A DNA stretch of 63,192 nt, filler included, from Trichomonas gallinae (taxonomy: Eukaryota): the NCBI GenBank assembly GCA_008369845.1. It is 4 parts of 4 records of this genome, joined end to end, with 100 filler letters (N's around TTAATTAATTAA, not from the genome) between each part and the next. Parts side by side here need not be neighbours in the genome. Positions count along the whole stretch, not along the records: positions 6,334 to 36,020 come from MRSU01000076.1; 3 more parts are not named here. The stretch is one strand, 5' to 3'. The position numbers and the translations under genes are program-made. Under the pieces are notes generated by a model. That model was given only the letters and a program-made list of their open reading frames with translations. It was not told the DNA's origin and made no database searches. How positions within the stretch are numbered: the stretch's first letter is position 1; each line of letters begins with the position of its first letter. Shown piece after piece: positions 9,950-21,500 of the stretch.

Positions 9950-10978
9950 TTAGTTGAAATAATACTGACTTGGAGGAAGAGTTGGCTCCATATGGGCTGT
10001 ATCGAGGATTGGGTGTTCCTCAAAGTATTTATCCCAGTTATCGTATCTTTTAGTTTCATCCGTGAGGTAACTACCTGTAGCCTCAATCAGCGGATGGTTC
10101 CAAACTCTTCTAGGGGTGCTTTCATATGGCACCTTAAGAACAAGGCAATTTGGCTCGTTCTTATCAAATGATCCAAATGTCTGTCCCTGATTATCCGAGG
10201 TGGGATCGAAGGATAGCCAGTTACCCTTATTATTCGAAATAAGAAGTAACGATGCAATTTTCAGCATAATAGTATTTTCTGGGCCAAACATTGCCAAGAA
10301 TTTGTAAAGATCCGCCTTAGTTTTTGTTGGCTCATCTGGGGCCATAATAGCTTTAATAACTTCTTTTGCATTATCCATGGGCTGTTCCTGCTGTTTGAAA
10401 TAAGCAGCAGCTTTCTCGACAAGGAAGTCTTTAGGTACAGCGCCGTCCTGCTGCTCTGTCAATTTATACCAAATCATATCAACTTTCTCTCGGAAGTTAT
10501 CTTGTTCTTGCTTCATAACATGACCAATTTCCATGAGTTTGCTGCTTCCACTCGGCTCTATTCTTGGTTTGCTAGGGTTCATTCTTGGCTTTGGAACAGG
10601 CATTGGCTGATCGGAATTTGCTGGATCTTCGAAAACACTAGATCTGGTGAATCCAGTACGCTTCCACTGTGTCCATCCACCTTTATCGTGTTGCAACTGT
10701 TCGAATCCGAGATCTCTAAGATTCACGTTTAAAGTATTTAGTTTGATTCCCATAACGAGAGCGACATTTTTCTTTTTCATCTTGAACTCCGTATCATTTA
10801 TCCATGATAAACCAATTTCTTCTTCGAGTGCTGGATTTGTTGCGAGATAGCTCAAAAGCATGTGAAGCTTCCTTGGGAATCGAGAATTAGGGTCGCGACT
10901 GGATTTTCTCTTTAGAGCCGCGACAATCTCCGGAGGGAGACGCTCATTAAATCTAGCTTCGGCGTCATTGAGCTCCAT
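9950..10978 (-). CDS. IBP39: Initiator-binding protein IBP39 (or very close paralog)
   Basis: RLPPEIVAALKRKSSRDPNSRFPRKLHMLL...GIKLNTLNVNLRDL.FEQLQHDKGGWTQWKR is essentially the IBP39 Inr-binding domain. A Pro-rich linker and C-domain follow; 342 aa. Confidence 0.92.
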   Translation of the reverse strand: MELNDAEARFNERLPPEIVAALKRKSSRDPNSRFPRKLHMLLSYLATNPALEEEIGLSWINDTEFKMKKKNVALVMGIKLNTLNVNLRDLGFEQLQHDKGGWTQWKRTGFTRSSVFEDPANSDQPMPVPKPRMNPSKPRIEPSGSSKLMEIGHVMKQEQDNFREKVDMIWYKLTEQQDGAVPKDFLVEKAAAYFKQQEQPMDNAKEVIKAIMAPDEPTKTKADLYKFLAMFGPENTIMLKIASLLLISNNKGNWLSFDPTSDNQGQTFGSFDKNEPNCLVLKVPYESTPRRVWNHPLIEATGSYLTDETKRYDNWDKYFEEHPILDTAHMEPTLPPSQYYFN

Positions 10979-11366
10979 TGTGATCTAACGATAAAAACCG
11001 GCGGCGCCACAATTTCAAATAAACTTCCAAAAAAATCAATTTGCAAAATGATTCGTGAAATAAACGAAGAATTTAACATAAAACACGAATATCAACTTAT
11101 TTCTCTGTTTTCCTTTTTATTGAGGAATTCGATGAGCCAATTTTAGTTTTAACATTTGTTTCCGCTATATAACTGTATAATATAGCTATTTATAGTAAAT
11201 TTATTCACTTTGACCTTTCCCCGCCAAAAAGTTAAAGTGACCTCACTTTCGGGTATCAGGAAGTGAGATAACAAATGATTATCAAATGCGGCAAACAACC
11301 CAAATATTTATGGATATTAAAAAAAGATAATTTTTTTATTTCAGATTTTCCGACAGTTGTGTCCTC

Positions 11367-12041
11367 TTACACATCAATTATACTGTACTTGCGGTCTTTG
11401 AACTCAAGTTTGACGTGAAATTGCTCATCCGTCTCAATTCCAATTTCTTCGATTAAATCTTTTGGCTTTTTATCCATGCCATCTTGATCACAAAGAGTGT
11501 TCAATATATCCATGCAAATATTTCTCCTCTTTTTCCATTGTTCACATCTCGTGAAGAAATCTTTATTAATTTGAGCAATATCATCAGGATTGATGCCTTG
11601 AGCTGCCGAAATTAGCTGATCTCTTAGAACTGCAGCATTTTGAACGTCAATTTCAATTTGTGTTCGATAATTTCTTAAATCATCTAAAACGCGAGTTGAA
11701 GCTAATTGATCCCTTCTAGCTCTTAATTCATCCCTTTTTGTTTTAAGAGCAATAATTCTCTCTTGTAATTCATCATTATGGCTGTCCATCTCAATTAGTT
11801 GTTCTTTAGAAGCAACTTCCTTTCCCTCTTGTTTGGCAAAGTATAGTTTTGTAGATTTACCGCATAATTTGCAAGTAATGAGACCATTTTCTGTTAATTG
11901 ATCAAGAGATTTTTGAATTACAGTTTTTGAAAATTCTCCGTGCAATTCATCAACAAGGTTAGTTGCACTATACGGCCTGTTCCTTTCAGTGAGGAATTGA
12001 AGTATCTGATTGGTTGGGTTTGCTTTAGATTTTGGAGGCAT
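11367..12041 (-). CDS. HOP2: Meiotic homologous-pairing protein Hop2 (TBPIP/PSMC3IP family)
   Basis: ILQFLTERNRPYSATNL...SKTVIQKSLDQL...GKSTKLYFAKQ winged helix, a coiled coil, WKKRRNICMDI and a GIETDE C-terminus. Confidence 0.9.
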   Translation of the reverse strand: MPPKSKANPTNQILQFLTERNRPYSATNLVDELHGEFSKTVIQKSLDQLTENGLITCKLCGKSTKLYFAKQEGKEVASKEQLIEMDSHNDELQERIIALKTKRDELRARRDQLASTRVLDDLRNYRTQIEIDVQNAAVLRDQLISAAQGINPDDIAQINKDFFTRCEQWKKRRNICMDILNTLCDQDGMDKKPKDLIEEIGIETDEQFHVKLEFKDRKYSIIDV

Positions 12042-12767
12042 TTTGATTTTTTTTGTAATACTTCACCAGTGAACTTCCTCGTTTCACTTTCTTTGTTTTT
12101 TGCATTTTTAGTTTGCTTATTTGATATTATTGTATTTTGGTTCGAAAATTTTCATCAATAATAACAATTTCAAGTTTTATTTTTTCAAGAAATCTAATTG
12201 CTTCTAAAATCAAAAAACCAATATCAAAATCAAAACTCTTTGACTTAGTTTGCTTTCAATTTGAAGTTATTCATGATTTAGCATATGTTTTGATATCAAA
12301 TATTTTACAGAAAAAAATATTACGCGATAATCATATATTTTTATCATTATTATAAAGTTTTTCATATGTGTATATGGATGTATTGGCATCTTAAATGCTA
12401 TTCCAAGCGTTTAAAATTTGATATTTCGAATCAAAAAATTTTTACGCTATAATTATATATTTTTATCGATATTATGGATTTATCTACACGAAATATAGAT
12501 AGTAAGAAGTTTTCATAGTAGTTAATTCTAGGGTTTTAAGTGCAAAAAAATATTTCATGATAATCTTATAATTTCCATTAACATTTCACATAAACTACAT
12601 ATAGATATGGATTCACTGCGATTGTTATAGTTATCACTCAACTATAATTTCAAAAATTAATATTATGATATTTCTCTTTGATAATCTAAACAGATTTGTT
12701 ATATTTGTCGAAAATTGTCCGAAAGTATTGAATTATTAATGCAAAACGAGAAACATATACAAACATT

Positions 12768-13247
12768 TTATTCTATCGCTTCATAACTTTCATCATCAGA
12801 GCCGTACTTGTCGGGTATAGCCAATACTTTACGAGATTTTCGCATTTTGGAGATTTCAACGAGTTGCTGTGGAGTGATTCTTGCCGATTTTGATATCATT
12901 ATAGCATTCGCCAATTCGTACTTTTGCGATTTGCCGGGCTGACCAATCTGGAAAAATGAAGGAATGATAGAATCCATTTGCATTTGCATTTCGAATCCTT
13001 TCGCGCTGAGAATGTGATTCTTAAAGATAATGAATTCAAGAGCCTTTTGTGCAAGTCTTGCATGAGCCTGATTCACGAAAACAGCAATGCAAGACTCCGA
13101 ATTATTAAATTTCACAGCTAGAAAAGCAGATCCGCAGAGGACTGTGAATAGTTGCCAAAGCTGATCCGCTGTACAACCTTCTGGCAAATTGGAAATAACA
13201 AGCATGTTTGTTTTGGTATATTCCTTGACAGGCCTATTCGACATCAT
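12768..13247 (-). CDS. RRM-containing protein
   Basis: LVISNLP (RNP2-like) and CIAVF...AHARLAQKALE fit an RRM fold. First ATG is at 13247. Confidence 0.65.
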   Translation of the reverse strand: MMSNRPVKEYTKTNMLVISNLPEGCTADQLWQLFTVLCGSAFLAVKFNNSESCIAVFVNQAHARLAQKALEFIIFKNHILSAKGFEMQMQMDSIIPSFFQIGQPGKSQKYELANAIMISKSARITPQQLVEISKMRKSRKVLAIPDKYGSDDESYEAIE

Positions 13248-13621
13248 CTTTTCGAAAGTCAATTTGACAATCATTATTTACAAAATTTTACATGACAAAT
13301 TATATGATTTACATGTCATATTTTCCCATATGATATATTGTATATCTTTGCTCATTATGTCGATTTTAAACACATTTGTTGAGTTTGCCTTTGAAATATC
13401 CAAGGTTTTCATCAATAAAAATCTTCATTCAAAGATTTCTCAAGTCAGTGTTAAATGTTTTTACATTTGATCTTTCAGGTTTTTACCATTATAGGCATTT
13501 TTAATTAATATTATGCGTTCAAAGTTTTAAATCCAAGATTATGATTTTAATTTATATAACAAATAGAATGATGCTGATAATATATATGACATTTATTATT
13601 ATAAATAACAAAACAAAAAAA

Positions 13622-15556
13622 TTATGGCTGAATGAAGTTATCCTGTTCATCATTGATTGGCTCTTTCTCTGTATCAGAAGTAGCTCCTCGAACTGCTGAC
13701 TTCTTATATCTAAATACAGCACTGACAGTATATACAATAATTGAAATAACTGGGAGCAAAAAGTAAGTGAAGGATCCAACCCAAACGCTGTGAGAAGCAA
13801 TTTCGGCGACATAAAGACTGCAGAAGTAGTAGCAGTAGCATGCTGTTCCAACGATGACAATGATATCAAAGATGTGCCAGAAGCTCCAGCCTTTCGTGAA
13901 GCAGCATGCATATATGAGTCCCCCGAGTACTATGTGAGAAATGAATCCGAACATTCCAATGAAACCGCAGATAAAACTGAAAACATCTAAAACGAATTTT
14001 CCTTCGGCGACATATCCCCACGAGAATAATGCAGCGACATCACCTTCGAAATTGTAAAGGAGAATTGGAAGAAGGAGCTGCCATTCAACAACAACAGTGA
14101 TGAGCATTTTCAGCCAGAACTCGATACAAGAAATAGCTCTTCCGACTGTTATAGGACCAAGTATAAGGCAAATATAGTTGAATTCCGAGTCCTTTCCGAG
14201 AATGAAATCGGCAGTCGAGTCGAAATAAGGGAATGGAACCCACATGAAAACAACGATGATGGTATAGAGGATGATCATCATCGGGAAACCGACTATACCA
14301 GTCTTCGGGTCAACGAGAGCTTTTTGAGATTCTTTGAACGGTCCGCTGACGCAATTCACAGCAAACGTGACGTCTTCGGTGAGATCGCCGCTGACGTGTA
14401 TAGTATGGATGCCGCTGTCCATTGTCACGTTCATCGAATAGAGGGCGACCATGTTTTTGTCGTCGATGTATCCTGAAAATTGAAGTTGGCCTTCAACGTC
14501 CCCTGATATATTGAAAACTTTTGTCTTCGACGGACTGAATGAGACGACATTTATTGGGAATATAGTGTCTTTGTAATTGTAAGCTTGCAAGTGCTGAGGG
14601 GCTGGGTGTGTGACCATTGCATTGAAGCTCTTTGTTGGCTTAATGATTTTGTAATTGATTCTGTTGTTATCTATTGATAAGAGCGTCAAATCATCATATA
14701 ATTTTGTCGCTCTCGCTGTGAGTTCCATCGTGTTGCCAAAATGGACTGTTTCAAGGCGCTTTGGATGCGTGTGACCATTTAGATATACAGAAACGTTATA
14801 ATATGGCAGCATTTCCTTGAGTGTTAATCCGGATTTCGATTTCGCATTTCTCGGATAAAGTAATTCGTGTGTGTAATGGCATGTAAAGACTGTGTATTTG
14901 CATGATGTTGGCTTTTTAAGTTCTGCTTCTAAAAGATCGAGATGTTTTGGTTTGATCGCGAGAATGAACGCAAATGGGCCATATCCTGTTGGGAATTCCT
15001 GTGGAGTGAAAGCAACAATGCGAACATCCCTGCGTTCATGTGAAAAAACTTGTAAAATAGGCATTTCTGTTCTAACGTAACGAGCGGGCATTGATGTCTT
15101 CGGATTCCACTCCTTGAGACCCCAAAGATCGTGATTTCCGTAAATTTCGAATATCATATCGTTTGGAATTTCTGATTCATTCACTGCTTTGTTGTAAAGA
15201 ATCCAGTGGCTTTCTGTTTGTACTGAAATTGTAGGAGACTTGTTTCCAACGTAGTTGTCGACTAAATCTCCGCTCAAAAGTACCCATGATGGGTTTATTT
15301 TTTCGTGTGCATAACGAAGTGATTTATTTAACCATTTTGTTGCGTTGGGGAAGTGCTCTGACGAGTGTACATCAGAAATCTGAGCGATAATTACCGGTTT
15401 ATTGTTGTAATCGTATAATGGCGCATTTTCATTTACATAAACATGTTTCACGGTGTAGTTAAACTTTGTTAGGTACAAGATTAGGAAAGGCAGGCACGCA
15501 ATTAAGTACCAGATATAATAAGAAACAATCCTAGCAATTTGATTTTTAGTGGCCAT
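13622..15556 (-). CDS. Membrane metallophosphoesterase (calcineurin-like, TMEM62-like)
   Basis: ISDVH, SGDLVD, GNHD, CHY and NGHTH metal-binding motifs; an N-terminal TM/signal anchor and several C-terminal TM segments. Confidence 0.85.
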   Translation of the reverse strand: MATKNQIARIVSYYIWYLIACLPFLILYLTKFNYTVKHVYVNENAPLYDYNNKPVIIAQISDVHSSEHFPNATKWLNKSLRYAHEKINPSWVLLSGDLVDNYVGNKSPTISVQTESHWILYNKAVNESEIPNDMIFEIYGNHDLWGLKEWNPKTSMPARYVRTEMPILQVFSHERRDVRIVAFTPQEFPTGYGPFAFILAIKPKHLDLLEAELKKPTSCKYTVFTCHYTHELLYPRNAKSKSGLTLKEMLPYYNVSVYLNGHTHPKRLETVHFGNTMELTARATKLYDDLTLLSIDNNRINYKIIKPTKSFNAMVTHPAPQHLQAYNYKDTIFPINVVSFSPSKTKVFNISGDVEGQLQFSGYIDDKNMVALYSMNVTMDSGIHTIHVSGDLTEDVTFAVNCVSGPFKESQKALVDPKTGIVGFPMMIILYTIIVVFMWVPFPYFDSTADFILGKDSEFNYICLILGPITVGRAISCIEFWLKMLITVVVEWQLLLPILLYNFEGDVAALFSWGYVAEGKFVLDVFSFICGFIGMFGFISHIVLGGLIYACCFTKGWSFWHIFDIIVIVGTACYCYYFCSLYVAEIASHSVWVGSFTYFLLPVISIIVYTVSAVFRYKKSAVRGATSDTEKEPINDEQDNFIQP

Positions 15557-16684
15557 GAAAAAAATATAAATAACCTTGGCAAAGTTTTATTATTCAACCT
15601 TAATTGCAATAAAAACACGTTACTCTATTTCAAAAGAAGCATTGTGCTTGAAAATTATGCGCTTAACTCAGTTTTATAAGAAAATTGTTAAAATTAAACG
15701 ACATGTTTTTGAGTAGGTCAATTTCAGATAATAATCTATGAAATATATCTGAATAGGATTATATTCTATGACAACAGCATCATTTAGCACTATGACAGTA
15801 AATATTTCAAAATCACAGCATTTGATCATAATCAAATGAAATCAAAGAGCAATTTGATGCAAAACTTTTCGAAATTATGGATGTTGACAAAGAAATTATA
15901 GCTAGAATCATTTTTATTTCAGTGATTTGAGTCAAAATAAAAATGTTTTTCAATACCGGTTAAAAACACATCCAAATCAAAGTATTACTGCGTAATTCTT
16001 TATTGTGAAGTTTGTATTCGAAGAAAATTAATATTTTTCATTCGCAATCAATTATTAGATATTTACGTGTGCAGACCCTGGGCTGAGTTTGGAAGCTTGA
16101 ATAAGCCATTAATACAGTGCTTGCACGTTTTTATCTCCGACTATACTACAGAATCTGAAATGAAATTTGCAAAATGTCAGATTATTTTGTTTACATGACA
16201 AAAATGATATTTTACACGACAAAATCTAAACCCCTAGATAATTTTTTTTATCCCCAATAATATCAGATTTTCCACAAAATTTTAAATGAATGACAAATGA
16301 AAATACCAGGAAATGGGCAAAATTATCACAATATATTTCCTTGAATCTCTTGTGTTGCGTGCACCTACTACACACTCTGTATCTGCACGTGGTAACCGAA
16401 ATTACAAAGAATAGCAAATTAAGAAAAATATGTCATGTAATATCTGACAACAAAAATGAAAACCATATTGCTTTGACTCGCTCTATTTGGCAATAATTTC
16501 CTTATCTGCAAAAAAATTCATTGCTTGATAACAAAACACCAGAACGCAAAATCGTTTAATAGAGCATAGCAGGTCAAAATAACATGACAAAAATTTTTAT
16601 AAATTAGGGGTTGGTATCGACAGACCCTCAATAAAATAAAGTTAAATATGTCATGTAAATTATACAATCTGACAAACAACAAAA

Positions 16685-18130
16685 ATGAATACAAAACTCA
16701 AATCTTTGACGAAGGAAGACGAAGAAGAAGAAAGGAAGAGGAGGTCAAAAGACTGCATCGTATTATGCATGAATCATATGATTAATAATGGCTTTGTTGA
16801 TTCTGCAGAAAGACTTGCACAAGAATCCGGAATTCCTTCAGATAAATTCGAGCTTTGCGATAATATATCACTTATGCAGACACTTATCGACTTCGAGGCA
16901 TTCCAAGAATTGAAATATGGACAAAAAGCAAAAATTTGCAAATTATCCAAGAAAGGTGATGTACCTAAAAAGGCACAAAATTTACCACCTCTATCGTCTG
17001 GAAGTGAGCAAAAATCATCTCGTGTTGTTAAAAAATTAAATCCAACAAAACCTCAAATTACAACTCCGCAAACTTCAAAGCGTACAGATCCTTTGGATAA
17101 TGAAAGCGGATTGGCACCAAGGCCTCCGCCAAATCCACCTAAAAAGAAGGAAGAAGAAGAAAGACTTCCAGCTGATGTTAGATTAATGAAGCCAATTCCT
17201 CCACAGTTGCGCGCTGATTTCGGCGATTTAACAAGTGTTATCGCGCGCGATATCTTTATAGACAATCCTGGAGTCAAATGGTCAGATATCGTCGGGTTAA
17301 GTGGAGCAAAGCGTGTTTTGCGTGAAGCTGTTGTCATGCCTTTAAGATATCCACAATTATTTGCAGGAAAGAAGTTGCTGACACCATGGAAGGGTGTTTT
17401 GCTTCACGGTCCTCCCGGAACAGGAAAAACTTTGCTTGCTAAAGCTGTCGCAGGCGAAGGCACAACTTTCTTCAATGTCTCAGCATCAACGCTTGTATCC
17501 AAGTGGCGTGGTGACTCAGAGAAACTCATAAGAGTTTTGTTCGAGCTTGCAAGGTATCATGCGCCTTCGACAATTTTCATCGACGAACTCGACTCTATTA
17601 TGTCGAAGCGATCAAGCGAAGACGAACACGAGGCATCCAGGAGAATGAAGACTGAGATGCTCACTCAGATGGACGGCTTGGTTCAGTCAGATGCTTTGGT
17701 CTTTGTCTTGGCAGCTTCAAACTTTCCGTTCGATTTGGATCCAGCACTTTTGAGACGTCTTGAAAAAAGAATTTTGGTTCCACTGCCAGATGTTGACGCG
17801 AGGGAAGACATGTTCAGAAAGTTCTTGACGCCTGACATAGCATCTCCTTCTATCAACTTCAGGGCTTTCGCAGAGAAAACGGAGAAATACTCAGGCAGCG
17901 ACATCCACTTGTTATGCAAAGAAGCAGCAATGGAGCCGTTGAGAAGACTGATGGCTGAGCTACAGGAGAAATACGGAGAGTCATATTTGGATGAACAGCT
18001 GCAGGAGGACCTGAAGCTTGACCCAATAGAAGAGGCCGATGTAGAGGCGGCTTTGAAGAGAACATCAGCGAGTGCAACATATGACTTAGATATGTACGAA
18101 AAGTGGCAGAACAAGTTTGGTGTCGTTTAA
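16685..18130 (+). CDS. KATNAL2: Katanin p60-like AAA ATPase with N-terminal LisH (KATNAL2 type)
   Basis: LisH-like N-terminus (IVLCMNHMINNGFVDSAERLAQE), PWKGVLLHGPPGTGKT (Walker A), SKWRGDSEKL, IFIDE (Walker B), EHEASRRMKTE and LLRRLEKRI. Confidence 0.9.
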   Translation: MNTKLKSLTKEDEEEERKRRSKDCIVLCMNHMINNGFVDSAERLAQESGIPSDKFELCDNISLMQTLIDFEAFQELKYGQKAKICKLSKKGDVPKKAQNLPPLSSGSEQKSSRVVKKLNPTKPQITTPQTSKRTDPLDNESGLAPRPPPNPPKKKEEEERLPADVRLMKPIPPQLRADFGDLTSVIARDIFIDNPGVKWSDIVGLSGAKRVLREAVVMPLRYPQLFAGKKLLTPWKGVLLHGPPGTGKTLLAKAVAGEGTTFFNVSASTLVSKWRGDSEKLIRVLFELARYHAPSTIFIDELDSIMSKRSSEDEHEASRRMKTEMLTQMDGLVQSDALVFVLAASNFPFDLDPALLRRLEKRILVPLPDVDAREDMFRKFLTPDIASPSINFRAFAEKTEKYSGSDIHLLCKEAAMEPLRRLMAELQEKYGESYLDEQLQEDLKLDPIEEADVEAALKRTSASATYDLDMYEKWQNKFGVV

Positions 18131-18536
18131 TCTTTTTTATTATTATTTCTTGTTTTTTTGTATATTAATAAATATAGATTTTCCTTCACTTTCTATCCCT
18201 ATTCTGAAATTCTGTAGAAATCATGATTTCATCATCTCATTATGATTCTAAATTAAAATGTATTTCCTTGCAGCTGATTATCATTTAATTAACCTATATT
18301 TTTATAGAATTTCAGAAACTTTGCAACAATAATTTTTGGATGCACAGTATTCATATTTATTCCCTATTATGGATATATTGATACACGATTGATTAGATTG
18401 AAATTCGTGCATCTCTCTTTGATTTTATAAAAAATCGTCTTTGTATAGTTAAAAAATTAGTGAAAAAATTATCAGGCTATAAACATACTATTTAAACATA
18501 ACATACAAAAAATATAAATAAATAAAATAATTGGTA

Positions 18537-21500
18537 TTATTTGAGTGTTCCATAAGACCTTTTCGTTATTGCCGTTGCTGGTCGAGTTCTCGTTGCTAAT
18601 GTTGGGGCAAGAATGGTTGTCCTTCTTGCAGATTTGATTCTGGTTGTTCCTGATGAAGCGAAAGACTGTCTGTGCTTGTTGTCTTTCACAAGTGTTTTGG
18701 CTTCTGCTTTTCTCTCGCAAAGTTTGCATTCTTCGACTGGTCTGACATATCTTGCCCTCATTGAAATTATCAGCGAATTCAACTCAGTGTCTTCAATTAT
18801 CATCTTGTGCTTGATGACAATCTCCATAAGTTTAATAGATTGATCAATCAATAGAACGTTGTCATCAATCTGCATCATCTTTCTCTCATTCTCAACAAAC
18901 TTGTCACCGAAATTGTTGAATGTGTCGCACAATCTCAAAAACTGTCTCTTGTACTTTTCGATATTCCTCACCAGATAATCAATCATTGCAAGAGCTTCAC
19001 TGCGGACAGGGAAGCGCATCAGATCTGTGTTTCTTTGCACTGTGTCAATCCTCATATTCAGTGGGTTAGTTATCATCTTTTCGACAATGAACTTGAATAT
19101 TTGCAGAAGATTTACTTCATTCGCGTGTTTAAGCGCTGCCTTGAATAATTCGAATCTAATCTTTCTCTGTCTGAAATATAACTCAGATAGTTGCGATTCC
19201 ACAGCATTCTTTTGCTCAGCTTCTTCATAGAAGGCGAAATAATGCGCGAAAATTTCTGTAATTCGGCCAATTCTTGAAACGAAATATTGGTAAACTTGTG
19301 AACTTTCTGACATCTGTGTAATTGAGAACAAAATCATTTCTGTGTAGTAAGAAATCATTCTTGAAGCTGGATGAGTTCTGACCCTTGATGTGCTGAAATG
19401 ATAAGTTGCTCGTGTGAAAATCATTTCCAAGAAATCTTCAGGGATATCAGAGATTTTGTTATTCCAGTAAACAACTAAATTCTTGTAGAGATCTAAAATT
19501 GTTGAAGAACATTCAAGGATCGAGTTTTGCGTTAAAGAAATGTTCATCTCTTTCGCTTTATTCTTTTCTTGCAAAAATGTTGTTTCTTTGATATCAAATC
19601 TTGTTTCTCTCAATGCCTGGGTGTCCAAATATTTAGCGATGGAGTCAGCTTCTCTTAAAATGATGTTGAATGACTTGTTGAAGAAAGAAATGATGATTTT
19701 GTCATTGACTTCGAAATCAGCATCTTTTTTGTGAGCTTGCAGATATAAAAGATTGACGACTTTCTTGGCTAGATGCAAAGCTTCGAATATATCTGTTGCC
19801 ATGTCAACACTGTGCTGATCTATGTTAAATGAATAAGTAATTTCGTTGTTTCTAAGTACTTTATCCAAGAATTTTGATTTGGCGATTACTTTTGTAATGT
19901 TTAGTGAAGGCTCTGAAACAAGTTTCTCGACGATGTTTCTGAATAATGGCTCTCTAATCGTCTCAAACATTGACCAGATTATGTCTGAATAAACAATCGT
20001 CGCGACGTTGCTAATTGTCGGATTTTTGATGAATTCTTTTGCAACAGAAATTGCTGATTCTCTCACTTTGTCATTCATTACGCTTATTCTCATCATATGA
20101 TTAATGTTCATTGTCAAAATCGGATTGACAGCAATTAAGCTTAATAGCCTGAAGCTGGAGTCATACATCTTTGTGTTCAAAGCACTGAGACAGTCCATCA
20201 TGAATGAAACAGCTTCGGCGCGAATGTTGTGGATGTGCAAACAAAGCAGAACTTTTTGAACTATCCTGAAATCTATGAAAATTCTTGCTATTGCTGTTGT
20301 CTGTCCATTGTTCCACATGCTCTGCAGCGTTCTAACAGCATTTCCTTTCTGTTTGTCAATAGAATAGCACAATGCATGCGAAAGATTATAATTTGCTTCT
20401 CCGAATGTCAAAAACTGGTTGTAATACCATTCGCTGTGTTCATCGTTGAATTTAATTGCGCCAGCAATAGACACAGAGCTTGATAGAATGTATTTCAACA
20501 AGCCATGGACTTTGGTGTAAGTGTACATGAAAGCCGGAGAATGATCATAGTTAACCAAGAAATTGACACTGACAGGATCTGACAGAATATTATTAGACGT
20601 GAACCTAATTGTGTAATTGCATGTAAACATCGACATAACGTGAAGAACAATTTCCATTGTATAAGGAACAAGAGGTCCTATTCCTTTTTCAACGCTAGAA
20701 ATCAGTCTCGTCAAGAACTCGAGCAATCTTTCGAAATAAGAATCAGAGAATGTCATAACTGGAACAACTTCTTGCAACTTGACTTTGTTGACGATTCTTC
20801 TTATTGCGTATTCAACTAAAATATCCATAAACTTCAGATTGAAAACAGCACGAAGGACTCTATCTGATGCGTGATTTTCTAGCGGAAAAGCAAATTGCGA
20901 ATCATCTTCTTCGTCTTCATCGTGGAACATCAAAGCTTGCAAAACTCCTAATGTGAAGAAGAAAGTGTTTTCTTTGAGCATGTGAGAAACAGGGAAGAAG
21001 AACTGCGAAGTGAAAACATCTTGATTTGGAACTTTGAGATAAACATCTAAAGCTTCTGATCCAGCTGATGGTTGACCCAATGAATATGTTCTCAAAATAT
21101 CTTCAACTTTTGGCCTTTTAGCCGGATCTGTTTGCAGACAAGAAGCAATAATCAAAAGATACAATTTTGATTCATCATAATTAATTTTTGAGTTCTTGTA
21201 TGGCAGCAAAGTGTAATGATCCAAATCCAAAATAGTTGGCATTTTGCCATCGCATTCATCTGTTCTGATAAAGCACTCTCCTCTTTCTCCTGTGCACCTT
21301 TCATTAGGTCCAACCATTTTAGCATCTCTAAGCCAATCATAGAAAAAGTGAGTCCTTGGATAAATCTTGTATTCATTTGTTTGCTCTTCGCCTAAATGTT
21401 CTAGTAATTCTGAGCCGTAACTTCTCGGCAAATAGCCAGTGATTGTATACAACAATAGCATTCCGAGCTGCCAGACATCGAAGGCTGTTGTCATTTTATC

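Noticed and set aside
11215..11230. E2F-like TTTCCCCGCCAAAA upstream of IBP39 (and TTTCCCGC near 62997)
   Set aside because: Isolated short matches, one imperfect; cannot be distinguished from chance.
16228..16614. TAGGGGTT / AACCCCTA telobox-like words (also ~53509 and ~55285)
   Set aside because: Few copies, no tandem array and no consistent position relative to genes.
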